A stretch of DNA of 64,000 nt from Patescibacteria group bacterium (GCA_028717565.1 JAQUNP010000001.1:26736-90735); one strand, 5' to 3'. Counted from the first letter of the stretch, positions 1-8,116 are shown. Numbers and translations are program-made. The notes: generated by a model from the sequence alone, not told the origin.

Positions 1-305
1 AATGTCAGGGAATGCGGCTGGCTAAGTGTGCTGGTTAGCTGAATCCGCTTAGAAAAATTTTGGATAAATTCTTGCCGATTAAGATTGCTAGAACGCAGCG
101 CTGGATAAATCTTGGCCGGTTTACCCCAAAGTGTCTCTAAAAGAGTTTGGATGCGTAGCTGTTCGTGCTCACTTTTTGTGATATAGATGACTGGTTTGTC
201 TTGAGCACTAGCGAGATACGCCAAAATTAACGATCGCCCGAAGTCGTTTAGTCCAGTAAGTGTTGTTTTTTCTTTCCCAGCTTTACTTTTCAGGGATTTC
301 GCCAT
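1..305 (-). CDS. mfd: transcription-repair coupling factor Mfd, N-terminal fragment (continues beyond window start)
   Basis: Not in the ORF track (cut by window edge). A reverse-strand ATG at 303-305 opens a frame with no stop down to position 1 (MAKSLKSKAGKEKTTLTGLNDFGRSLILAYLASAQDKPVIYITKSEHEQLRIQTLLETLWGKPAKIYP...). The pattern resembles the Mfd N-terminus, and the position downstream of pth fits the common pth-mfd synteny. Confidence 0.45.
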   Translation of the reverse strand, partial: MAKSLKSKAGKEKTTLTGLNDFGRSLILAYLASAQDKPVIYITKSEHEQLRIQTLLETLWGKPAKIYPALRSSNLNRQEFIQNFSKRIQLTSTLSQPHSLT

Positions 306-361
306 TTGGCTCTGGGCAAATTCCTGAGCTACCCGCTGGTAGAACTCGGTGTGCGACACTA

Positions 362-390
362 TTGACTTAGATTAATATATGTGTTATAAT
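362..390 (+). promoter_or_regulatory. consensus sigma70-type promoter TTGACT-17nt-TATAAT
   Basis: TTGACT at 362-367, a 17-nt spacer, and TATAAT at 385-390, read directly. It points away from mfd into the pth-mfd gap. Confidence 0.5.
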
Positions 391-396
391 AGGGGT

Positions 397-630
397 GTAG
401 TGGTGGTACCTCATATATAAGCAGAAGAATCTTGCTCATAAAGATTACTCTCTCTAGGAGCTACGATTCAAAAATTTATGCCCAAGATTCTCCTTGCTTA
501 TTCCACTTCCTTTCGTACCACTCCCAAGAATTCATTCTTAAGCGGAGTTCTGGTAAAAGGCCTTACGGCTGACAAAAGGATACTAGCAATGGGGAAACGA
601 CAAGGGGAAGGATTTATTCCTTCCTTTTGT
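397..630 (+). ncRNA. candidate small RNA (rod-like fold, unknown class) in the pth-mfd gap
   Basis: Lies downstream of the consensus promoter. It ends at hairpin GGAAGGA-TTTAT-TCCTTCC (606-624) followed by TTTTGT. Long-range complementarity exists between 397-409 and 515-525 and between 421-434 and 483-497. The only ORF here (478-723) is antisense to pth and has no RBS. Confidence 0.3.
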
Positions 631-1145
631 CATGCAATTTTTGCTTTTAGAAGTTGCACCGCTTCGGCAATGGCGGTTTTAATTACCTTGGTTTCTAGAG
701 GTTTAAATTTTGACAGAACGTAATCACTCGTATCGGTTCGATCATCTCGACCGATACCGAGCCTGAGTCGAGCGATAGCTTGTGTGCCGAGAGCGTCCAA
801 GATCGACTGCATCCCGTTGTGCCCAGCGCTACTGCCCGCCTCTCTTTCCCGAAACTCTCCCAACGGCAGGTCAACATCGTCATAAACCACTACTACATCC
901 TCGTAGGCAATGCCAAAATAGTCCACCAGCCGTTTGACAGCTCTTCCGGAATTATTCATGAAAGTTTGTGGCTTGGCAAGAATTATTTTAGGGGTTTGGG
1001 CAATTTCACTCTCAGTTTTTTTGTGTTGCGTGAAATTCAAACCCAGCTCATGAGCTAACGTGTCAAGAACCTCAAAGCCAACATTGTGGCGAGTGTTTGC
1101 ATACTCTTTCCCGGGGTTGCCTAACCCCACGACTAGTACTTTCAT
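630..1145 (-). CDS. pth: peptidyl-tRNA hydrolase
   Basis: N-terminus MKVLVVGLGNPGKEYANTRHNVGF is the canonical Pth signature. Length is 171 aa. Confidence 0.95.
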   Translation of the reverse strand: MKVLVVGLGNPGKEYANTRHNVGFEVLDTLAHELGLNFTQHKKTESEIAQTPKIILAKPQTFMNNSGRAVKRLVDYFGIAYEDVVVVYDDVDLPLGEFREREAGSSAGHNGMQSILDALGTQAIARLRLGIGRDDRTDTSDYVLSKFKPLETKVIKTAIAEAVQLLKAKIA

Positions 1146-1396
1146 TGGTCTATTGATTCGTCCGTATCGTCTGTCTCTTCATTATCCTGGTTTTCGGCCT
1201 GTTCGTAAAGCCGAGCGAGTGCCTGCCTGGCCGCTTCTGAAATCTCCACGGTATCCACCGGGGGCTTATCGGCAGTCGGCGGAGGAGTTTGATCGACGCG
1301 TTCCACCTTTCGTCGACGGGTCACCGGCTCGTGAACAGGAGGCGTCTGTTCGATTTTTTGGCTTCTGTCTGGGTTGATTTCATCCATCATATGCAC
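1142..1396 (-). CDS. hypothetical small acidic/proline-rich protein
   Basis: 84-aa ORF whose stop overlaps the pth start by 4 nt (translational coupling). No recognisable domain. Confidence 0.5.
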   Translation of the reverse strand: MHMMDEINPDRSQKIEQTPPVHEPVTRRRKVERVDQTPPPTADKPPVDTVEISEAARQALARLYEQAENQDNEETDDTDESIDQ

Positions 1397-1455
1397 GTGT
1401 ATTACAAAACTTGGGCACGGCTTTCCTACAAGAAGACAAGCTGCTTGAGAAATCT

Positions 1456-1704
1456 TTACTTATAAATTTCGGTACCTTCTCTAATCGGATCCTCCACTTG
1501 CAAACCGATGACGTCGCCCTTTTTGGCTTTATCAACGGCTGCCTTTTCTATCTGCATGGAGTCCACGACTTGGCCGCCTACTTCTTCCCCACCCCGCTTG
1601 AAGGTAATCTGATCACCCAGCGCGAGGTCGGATTCCAAACCCACAATCGCCACCCCGATTTTGTCGTAATAGTGGGTGACTTTGCCTATCTTTTTATCCG
1701 CCAT
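1456..1704 (-). CDS. small translation-factor domain II-like beta-barrel protein
   Basis: 82 aa (KIGKVTHYYDKIGVAIVGL...GDVIGLQVE), reminiscent of the EF-Tu/IF2 domain II barrel. Preceded by AGGAGGGAA and an extended -10 box TGGTATAAT. Confidence 0.6.
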   Translation of the reverse strand: MADKKIGKVTHYYDKIGVAIVGLESDLALGDQITFKRGGEEVGGQVVDSMQIEKAAVDKAKKGDVIGLQVEDPIREGTEIYK

Positions 1705-2040
1705 CGTTCCCTCCTGTGTTTAGGACTATGACTTCTTGATTATACCACCTGTTTCAACTACACTTCAGATGCAATCCGAAAGTTCCTCTTGAATTGGTGT
1801 CCCCTGGTCTGGGTACTGCCATAGCCCGCTCCAAACAGGGGGCGAGGAAACGAGATGGGCCGTGCCCCACCGACAACTAGGCGACGTCGTCTGGTTGCGG
1901 ACGTGTGCACCTCAAGTACCGTCCTGGAACTTGGGCATCCTGGTTTGTTGGAGTCACACGTGGTAGGATTGCTGCTTTCACCCCCGCTGGTTCATTTTTG
2001 AGGCCTACGAGGCCTTAAGAATTCCAACGGGGGTCCTTTC

Positions 2041-3000
2041 TTATAGCAGGTGCGCTTTTAGCAAACGCTCAACATCTTGAGCTGATACGGTCTGCATGAG
2101 CTTAAGACGCAGTTCTTTAGCACCCTTAAATCCGCTGATATATGCTTTAAAATGTTTCTTCATCAAATCAAAGGGCTTGAATCTTCCCGTAGTTTTTTCG
2201 TAAAGCTTGGCATGAATAACTAGAGTGCAAAAAAGTTCTCGTTGGGAAATGGGTTTGGGCTGAAAAAACCAGGGGTTGCCAAAAGTGGCTCGTCCGACCA
2301 TAACACCGTCCAGTGCATACTGTTTGGCTTTGGCCTCGGCTTCGACTACAGTTTGGACGTCGCCATTACCCAAAATGAGTGGCAACTGACGCGTGGAATA
2401 TTTCTTACGCAACTTTTTTACCACCCGGCCCAGCATGGCCCAGTCGGCCGGAACCTTACTCATCTCTCTTTTAGTCCGCGCATGTACGATAATGGCTACG
2501 GGCTTGGCCTTAATCAGCGTATTTATCCACGGCTCTAGATCGGCTTGTGTATAGCCAGTACGTATTTTCACGCTGACTGGTAACTCCCCTGCTCCCCGTT
2601 TGGTCTGAGCAACAATCTCTTGGGCCAGAGCGGGCTGGTTGAAAAGTGCTGCGCCACTACCAGCTTGGCAAATAGATTTTTCCGGACAACCCATGTTGAT
2701 GTCGATACCATCGAACCCAAGCTTACGAATAAGTTGGGCGGCTGTGAAAAAGGTATCCGGATTAGACCCAAAGAGCTGTGCCACGATGGGTCGCTGGATT
2801 TGAGAAAAGCGCAAGTTTTTGACTAGAGCTTTGCGACCTTGTGAATTAGCCAAACCATCGCAAGAAACAAACTCTGTCCACATGACATCTGGTTTACCAA
2901 GCTTGGCAAAAAGTTCTCGATACGCGAAATCGGTGACATCCGCCATGGGAGCTAGTGCCAGTATTGGTTTTTTTAGTTTGCCCCAAAAACCTCTTTGCAT
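2041..3000 (-). CDS. dus: tRNA-dihydrouridine synthase
   Basis: LAPMADVTDFAYRELF..., DINMGCP and a conserved Cys region typical of the Dus family. 319 aa. Confidence 0.9.
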   Translation of the reverse strand: MQRGFWGKLKKPILALAPMADVTDFAYRELFAKLGKPDVMWTEFVSCDGLANSQGRKALVKNLRFSQIQRPIVAQLFGSNPDTFFTAAQLIRKLGFDGIDINMGCPEKSICQAGSGAALFNQPALAQEIVAQTKRGAGELPVSVKIRTGYTQADLEPWINTLIKAKPVAIIVHARTKREMSKVPADWAMLGRVVKKLRKKYSTRQLPLILGNGDVQTVVEAEAKAKQYALDGVMVGRATFGNPWFFQPKPISQRELFCTLVIHAKLYEKTTGRFKPFDLMKKHFKAYISGFKGAKELRLKLMQTVSAQDVERLLKAHLL

Positions 3001-3002
3001 AC

Positions 3003-4340
3003 CTATTTGTTGCTACTGTGACGCAGAATAATTTTTATGGGAGTTCCCTCTAAGGGCCAAATCTCGCGAATCTTATTTTCCAGATACCTAACATACGAAA
3101 AGTGGATGGCTTCCGGCCGACTCACTTTGAGTTCGATGGTGGGAGGGTTGGTATCAATCTGGTGTGAAAAATAGATTTTGGGCGATATGCGACGACCAAC
3201 TGGTGGACGTTCGGCTACCGCTTTGGCCACCAAGCGATTGAGATCTTTGGTGGGAATTTTGAAATTTCGTGTAGTCCAAATACTTATAATTTGGTCTAAA
3301 ACTTTATTGGCTCGCTGACCAGTCAGACCCGAGATATAAACTCGTGGCATCCAAGAAGCAAAACTATATTTTGTATCTAAATATGCGTCAAACTCAGCCG
3401 TGATCTTGTGAGTTTTCTCAATTAGATCCCACTTGTTCACAACCAGTAGCGCACCTTTTAAACTTTCTGTAATCATCTGCAAAATATGCATATCCTGTGC
3501 AATCACACCCTCGTGGGCTTCGGTAACCAGTAGACAGATGTCCGCTTCTTGAATAGATTTTAAAACCCGAAGTGAACTAAATTTTTCTATGCCCCGTTCA
3601 ATTTTACCGCGACGACGGAGACCAGCTGTATCGACAAATTCGATAGTGTGTCCGGCGTATTCGATGGATTCATTAATGGCGTCTCGAGTTGTGCCAGCTT
3701 CGGCGCTAACCACACTCCGCTGTTTGCCAATCAACCTGTTAAAAAGCGTGGATTTGCCTACATTGGGGCGACCCAAAATAGCAACTCGGATAGTTACTGC
3801 TGTACTCGTAGGCGCTAGGGCAGATGGTTGGCGAGCTGGTAGGCGATCGAGAGCCGTCACCACTTCGTCTAGCACATCCCCAATCCCCTTGCCAGTCAGT
3901 CCAGAGGTGAGATGAATATTTTTAAATCCCAGTTTGTGAAATTCGGTTAGATCCTGATTGCTTTTTTGTTTGTCGGTTTTATTGATGAGTAAAATTACTG
4001 GCTTGTTGAGTTTGCGGATTAATTCGGCAGCTTTGATATCCTCACCATTTAAGCCCTCGCGCGCATTGACCATAAATAAAATGACATCCGCGGCTTTCAC
4101 CGCCAATTTGGTTTGTACTAAAACGTCCGAAGCAATTTGGCTTTTGTCGCCCAGCTCTATCCCCGCTGTGTCCGCTACCATGAACGTGTGACGTTGCCAC
4201 GTTACGGTACCGAACAAAACATCTCGGGTGGTACCAGGAGTTTCTGACAAAATTGCCCGCCTCTCTCCGACCAAGCGATTGAAGAGAGTAGATTTGCCCA
4301 CATTGGGGCGACCAACGATGGCGACTAAGTGATGTGTCAT
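3003..4340 (-). CDS. der: ribosome-biogenesis GTPase Der (EngA)
   Basis: Two tandem GTPase domains (GRPNVGKSTLFNRL occurs twice) plus a KH-like C-terminus. 445 aa. Confidence 0.95.
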   Translation of the reverse strand: MTHHLVAIVGRPNVGKSTLFNRLVGERRAILSETPGTTRDVLFGTVTWQRHTFMVADTAGIELGDKSQIASDVLVQTKLAVKAADVILFMVNAREGLNGEDIKAAELIRKLNKPVILLINKTDKQKSNQDLTEFHKLGFKNIHLTSGLTGKGIGDVLDEVVTALDRLPARQPSALAPTSTAVTIRVAILGRPNVGKSTLFNRLIGKQRSVVSAEAGTTRDAINESIEYAGHTIEFVDTAGLRRRGKIERGIEKFSSLRVLKSIQEADICLLVTEAHEGVIAQDMHILQMITESLKGALLVVNKWDLIEKTHKITAEFDAYLDTKYSFASWMPRVYISGLTGQRANKVLDQIISIWTTRNFKIPTKDLNRLVAKAVAERPPVGRRISPKIYFSHQIDTNPPTIELKVSRPEAIHFSYVRYLENKIREIWPLEGTPIKIILRHSSNK

Positions 4341-4346
4341 AAATGT

Positions 4347-4355
4347 ATTGTATCA
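4347..4355 (-). promoter_or_regulatory. extended -10 box TGATACAAT, 6 nt upstream of the der ATG (leaderless architecture)
   Basis: Reverse complement of 4341-4355 reads TGATACAAT-ACATTT, followed by the ATG at 4340. Confidence 0.5.
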
Positions 4356-4364
4356 GCGCAGCAT

Positions 4365-4976
4365 AAGAAAAGGGGCCGCCCCGAGGGGCGGCCCTGTTGG
4401 TACCTGACGGTACCGAGGGGCGAGGCTAGAGAACCTGGACCTTTCGGTCGAGATAACCTAGTCCTCGCAAAGCAAACGAGAGAAGGGGGCAAGATGGGGA
4501 CACCATCATCCGTTGCCTTTTGACAGTTCCACCCTGGGAACGGTCTATTCTCTCAGCCAATACGGTGGCTACCTGGAACTTTGAGGGCGAGGTCTGGAGA
4601 GATCTCTCTTTTTAGGGAGAGGGTTCTCTGACCAAACACTGGCCAACCAAGTTGCAGACAGCGATCTCCTGCGGATCCTGGCCAGACGCAGTAGACCCGA
4701 GGGCCGCTTGGCGACCCAGGTGAGCAAAAATTGCTCCCAAGGCCGTTAATCCTCTTGCTAGTGCTCCGACCGGCAAGGCGGGGATTCTTTGGCAATCTTG
4801 ACGATCACCGCCCCTCCGAGTACCGGCGCGGAAAGTCATACGTAAGACCTTGATTCAGATCTTTAGCGTCCCGTACAACTGGAACCTTACTAGCTTTCGG
4901 CTCCGTAGAGAGCCCATTTTGAGCAAGCCCAAAACAAGCTCACTACGAAACCGAAACAAACCATTTTTTGAAGGTA
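4365..4976 (-). ncRNA. candidate ~610-nt GC-rich non-coding transcript (class unknown; a degraded gene is not excluded)
   Basis: Bracketed by the minus-strand promoter TTGACA-18-TATTAA (5012-4983) and the terminator at 4395-4372. It contains many local hairpins. Only low-complexity overlapping ORFs without an RBS are present. Confidence 0.35.
4372..4395 (-). terminator. GC-rich intrinsic terminator hairpin
   Basis: GGGCCGCC(CC)/(GG)GGCGGCCC stem. On the minus strand it is followed by CUUUUCUUAU. It sits just upstream of the der promoter. Confidence 0.6.
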
Positions 4977-4982
4977 AGTCCA

Positions 4983-5012
4983 TTAATAGCAAACCGGCGG
5001 GACGTGTGTCAA
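4983..5012 (-). promoter_or_regulatory. sigma70-type promoter TTGACA-18nt-TATTAA (minus strand)
   Basis: Reverse complement of 5007-5012 is TTGACA, and of 4983-4988 is TATTAA. Confidence 0.45.
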
Positions 5013-5114
5013 CAGGTTTTTTTAAAAAAGTCCCTAAAAGTATAAAAAAGCCGCTTTGGGAGCGGAAAGATTTTTTGAGTTGTCAATAATGGGTCCGTGC
5101 TATAAAATGTAACC

Positions 5115-5300
5115 ATGTTTACAATCAGTAACATCGTGGTTTAGGAGCGCGAGGCAAGCTCTGCCAAAGTCCGAAGGGACAAGCTCAAAGCCCGGTTCTC
5201 AGAGCCGGCCACGTAAAATAAGTGCTTTGAGCGAACACTGAACCTTCCCCATCTTTGATGAGGATGCCAGGAGGGCGGCCCACACCGCCCTTTCCTTTGT
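5115..5300 (+). ncRNA. candidate small RNA (alternatively the 3' UTR of the carboxypeptidase gene on the other strand)
   Basis: Plus-strand TTGTCA (5080-5085), 17 nt, TAAAAT (5103-5108). Internal 9-bp helix GCTCAAAGC/GCTTTGAGC. Terminal hairpin GGGCGG-CCCACA-CCGCCC (5273-5290) followed by TTTCCTTTGT. Confidence 0.3.
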
Positions 5301-6233
5301 CTATAACGTTTCGACCCAGGTGAAACTCTTCAGTGCCCAGTCCAAGGCCTTGCTAGCTTCACTGAAGCGGTCTGGACTATCCAACAAAACGACTATCACC
5401 TTCTGGCCGGCACTGCCAACGGCAGCTGCTACGAGCGACTCCCCGGCCTCCTCGGTGGTACCGGTTTTCACCCCCACCACATTATCGTATTGCTTGAGCA
5501 GCTGGTTCGTGGTAGTAAGGTTGTGTTTAAACTTGCCCGTCACATCCCAAACCGTTGCCCCAGGAGTGGCTACGATCTCTGCGAATACCGGGTTGCTCAT
5601 CGCCACTTGAGTAAGTTTGGCAATGTCTAGGGCTGTGGAGTAATGATTCTCGTGATCAAACCCATCGGCATTAGCGAAATGAGTGTCGGTCAAACCCAGA
5701 GCGGTGGCTTTGGCATTCATGAGTTGAACAAATTGATTGGGGTCCCCAGTGGTGACGTAAGAGAACGTACGCGCGGCATCGTTAGCGGATTGGATCAAGA
5801 GACCTTTTAGCAAATTTAGTACAGCAATTTTTTCATCGGCATATAAATACATCTTTGACCCGTTTTTTCCTTCCAAGGCCTTGGCTGGCACCGTGACAAC
5901 CGTATCTAGGCGGTCACCATAAACTTCCAGCGCGACCACCGCTGTCATGATTTTGGTAATCGATGCCATGGGTAGTTTAGCGGTGGCATTTTTGCTAAGC
6001 AGGATCTTGCCGCTATCGTAGTCGGAAATAATAGCCGACTGAGCCGAAATTTTGATGTCTTCGGCTGACGGATTTTTTATGGGACCAATGAGTTGGTTTA
6101 GGTTTTTAGCTAGATTTTCTACCGAATAATGCGGATCTAAGATATTGAAGGTATGAAAAATCTTGGCGTTTACGTCCGTAAACGACCCCGTTAAAAACTG
6201 CAAGATAGCTAGCAAAACAGCAAGAGCGTTCAT
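5301..6233 (-). CDS. D-alanyl-D-alanine carboxypeptidase (S11 serine peptidase, PBP5-like)
   Basis: N-terminal signal/anchor and an SxxK motif (ASITKIMTA). Overall pattern resembles low-MW PBPs. Confidence 0.85.
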   Translation of the reverse strand: MNALAVLLAILQFLTGSFTDVNAKIFHTFNILDPHYSVENLAKNLNQLIGPIKNPSAEDIKISAQSAIISDYDSGKILLSKNATAKLPMASITKIMTAVVALEVYGDRLDTVVTVPAKALEGKNGSKMYLYADEKIAVLNLLKGLLIQSANDAARTFSYVTTGDPNQFVQLMNAKATALGLTDTHFANADGFDHENHYSTALDIAKLTQVAMSNPVFAEIVATPGATVWDVTGKFKHNLTTTNQLLKQYDNVVGVKTGTTEEAGESLVAAAVGSAGQKVIVVLLDSPDRFSEASKALDWALKSFTWVETL

Positions 6234-6237
6234 AAGA

Positions 6238-7626
6238 TTACGGCTTAGGTTTGTCTAGCTTCAGGCCTAGTTCTTTGAGCGTAGCGCTATCTACTTCGCG
6301 AGGCGACTCCATCATGGGGTCACGACCTTTATCCGTTTTGGGGAAGGCAATCACTTCGCGGATATTGGGCTCGTTTTGTAAAATCATTACCAGCCGATCG
6401 ATGCCTGGTGCCATCCCCCCGTGTGGTGGAGCCCCATAGGTAAAGGCCTCGAGCATATGACCAAATTTTGATTTGGCTTCCGCCTGGCTAATGCCGATTA
6501 AATCAAAAATCTTTTGTTGAATCTTGGGATCGTGAATCCTAATTGATCCGCTGCTGATTTCATAACCATTGAGAACCATATCATACGCGGTGCTAACCGC
6601 TGCTTCAGGATTGGTATCTAACAGCTCTAATTGATCCGGCTTGGGCGCAGTGAACATATGATGGGAAGGAGCCAACCGACCCTCTTCCTTCTCAAACAGC
6701 GGGAAGTCAGTCACAAAACAAAACGCCAATTCATCCGCGTCATTTTTATCCTTGCGTAAATCCGGCTTGTCGGTGCCAAATTGTTTCATGGCCTCAGCAT
6801 AAGTTAAACGGGGCCAAGGTGTTTGGCTAATTTTTTTATTGGGATACAAAGTTTGGACTAGCGTTGTGAAAAGCTCTTCGGTCAAAGATAAGATTTCGTC
6901 TTCGGTAACAAAAGACATCTCAAAGTCGAGCTGGGTAAATTCCGGCTGCCTGTCACCACGCGAATCCTCGTCGCGCATACACCTGGCAATCTGGTAATAT
7001 CTTTCCATGCCGGCCACCATCAGCAGCTGTTTATACTGCTGTGGACTTTGCGGCAGAGCATAAAATTGTCCCGGATATTTCCGGCTTGGTACCAGATAAT
7101 CTCTGGCGCCCTCTGGCGTGGGGGAACTAATTACTGGAGTTTCAATTTCAACGAATCTGTGTTCGTCCAAAAAATTGCGAATAAACCGAACTACTTGATG
7201 ACGCATAAGCAGGTTATGATGCAAACGCTCGTGACGAATATCGAGGTATCGATATTTCAGGCGGAGTTCTTCGTCTTCAACGTTTTCGCGATCTATTTCG
7301 AATGGTGGGGTTTGAGACTCATTTAGTACCTCCAAACTTTTTGCTTGGATTTCAATCTTGCCAGTCGGAATTTTGTCGTTAACTTGCTTAGCTCCTCTCT
7401 CAACCACTTGGCCAACAATTTTGACTACGTATTCTGGTCTTAATCCTTCGGCTTGGGCCTGCAGCTTAGCGTCATCAGCAAAAACCACTTGTGCCATGCC
7501 AAAGCCGTCACGCAAATCAATGAAAACAATCTGCCCCATATTTCGTTTACTTTGTACCCAGCCAAAAAGTGTAACCTCCTGGCCGATTTTTTCAGGCGTG
7601 TCGCTAATTAGTGTTCTTTTATCCAT
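6238..7626 (-). CDS. aspS: aspartate--tRNA ligase, bacterial type, lacking the GAD insertion domain
   Basis: FIDLRD, PEGARDYLVPSR, ALPQSPQQYKQLLM and RQPEFTQLDFEMSF motifs. Only 462 aa: DKPDLR is followed almost directly by FVTDFPLFE. Confidence 0.9.
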   Translation of the reverse strand: MDKRTLISDTPEKIGQEVTLFGWVQSKRNMGQIVFIDLRDGFGMAQVVFADDAKLQAQAEGLRPEYVVKIVGQVVERGAKQVNDKIPTGKIEIQAKSLEVLNESQTPPFEIDRENVEDEELRLKYRYLDIRHERLHHNLLMRHQVVRFIRNFLDEHRFVEIETPVISSPTPEGARDYLVPSRKYPGQFYALPQSPQQYKQLLMVAGMERYYQIARCMRDEDSRGDRQPEFTQLDFEMSFVTEDEILSLTEELFTTLVQTLYPNKKISQTPWPRLTYAEAMKQFGTDKPDLRKDKNDADELAFCFVTDFPLFEKEEGRLAPSHHMFTAPKPDQLELLDTNPEAAVSTAYDMVLNGYEISSGSIRIHDPKIQQKIFDLIGISQAEAKSKFGHMLEAFTYGAPPHGGMAPGIDRLVMILQNEPNIREVIAFPKTDKGRDPMMESPREVDSATLKELGLKLDKPKP

Positions 7627-7632
7627 GCACTT

Positions 7633-7641
7633 ATCTTAGCA
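7633..7641 (-). promoter_or_regulatory. extended -10 box TGCTAAGAT, 6 nt upstream of the aspS ATG
   Basis: Reverse complement of 7627-7641 reads TGCTAAGAT-AAGTGC, followed by the ATG at 7626. Confidence 0.45.
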
Positions 7642-7669
7642 CAAGAAATCCGAGGATACGTGAAGCCGC

Positions 7670-8116
7670 CTACGATGACTCGTAGGCGGCTGGCGTGGTA
7701 GACGACAAGGAGGCGGGGTTTCCAATCAGGTTTTCGACCAGTGCAAGGAGCGCACTGGGTCCTTCTGATTTGTGGAAGGAGGCAGCAGCTCCCAACTGCT
7801 CCGCCACGTGACTTAAGTCCGTGACCCCGTCGGCTCCGGTCATGCTGATGACCTGGATTTCCGGGTGATTATGGCGCAGTGCCATGATCAGCTCCAGACC
7901 ATCCATGTCCGGCATGTAGATGTCGGTGATGGCCAGCGCGACTTCGACGTTACGGAAGTTGCGCCCCAGGTCCTGGACCTGACCCAACGCATCCTGGCCG
8001 TTCTTGGCCCCGATGGCGCAATAGCCGCGCCGGTTCAGGGCCTCCACGGTCGATCGCAGGGCCTGGTCATCATCGTCCACCACTAAGATACAACGTACGG
8101 TTCCGATAGAGCTCAC
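7670..8116 (-). CDS. single-domain response regulator (CheY-like receiver)
   Basis: ILVVDDDD...DIYMPDMDGLELI receiver motifs. GTG start preceded by GGGAGGTGA. Own TTGACA-17-TACAAA promoter (8181-8153). Visibly GC-richer than neighbours. Confidence 0.85.
   Translation of the reverse strand: MSSIGTVRCILVVDDDDQALRSTVEALNRRGYCAIGAKNGQDALGQVQDLGRNFRNVEVALAITDIYMPDMDGLELIMALRHNHPEIQVISMTGADGVTDLSHVAEQLGAAASFHKSEGPSALLALVENLIGNPASLSSTTPAAYESS

Noticed and set aside
478-723. 81-aa plus-strand ORF in the pth-mfd gap.
   Set aside because: Its 3' third is antisense to pth. It has no RBS, and the region is better explained by the promoter/terminator-bounded RNA candidate.
4553-4839. Overlapping 80-aa and 75-aa minus-strand ORFs inside the GC-rich gap.
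   Set aside because: Both are G/S/P/R/A-rich and low-complexity, lie in two frames over the same DNA, and lack an RBS. This is typical of chance ORFs in GC-rich sequence, although a decayed gene is not fully excluded.
4397-4860. Identity of the GC-rich non-coding unit as RNase P RNA, tmRNA or SRP RNA.
   Set aside because: I looked on both strands for GAGGAAAGUCC / ACAGAAnCCGGCUUA (RNase P P4), a tRNA-like 3' end with GGUUCGAnUCC...CCA (tmRNA), and the helix-8 GNAR/AGCA motif (SRP). None was convincingly present. GGAAAGUC at about 4827-4834 on the plus strand lacks the partner strand.
5150-5190. SRP-RNA-like GUCC-GAAG-GGAC hairpin (GNAR tetraloop).
   Set aside because: The flanking sequences are a direct repeat (AAGCTC twice), not complementary. 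The conserved symmetric/asymmetric loop helix of SRP domain IV therefore cannot form.
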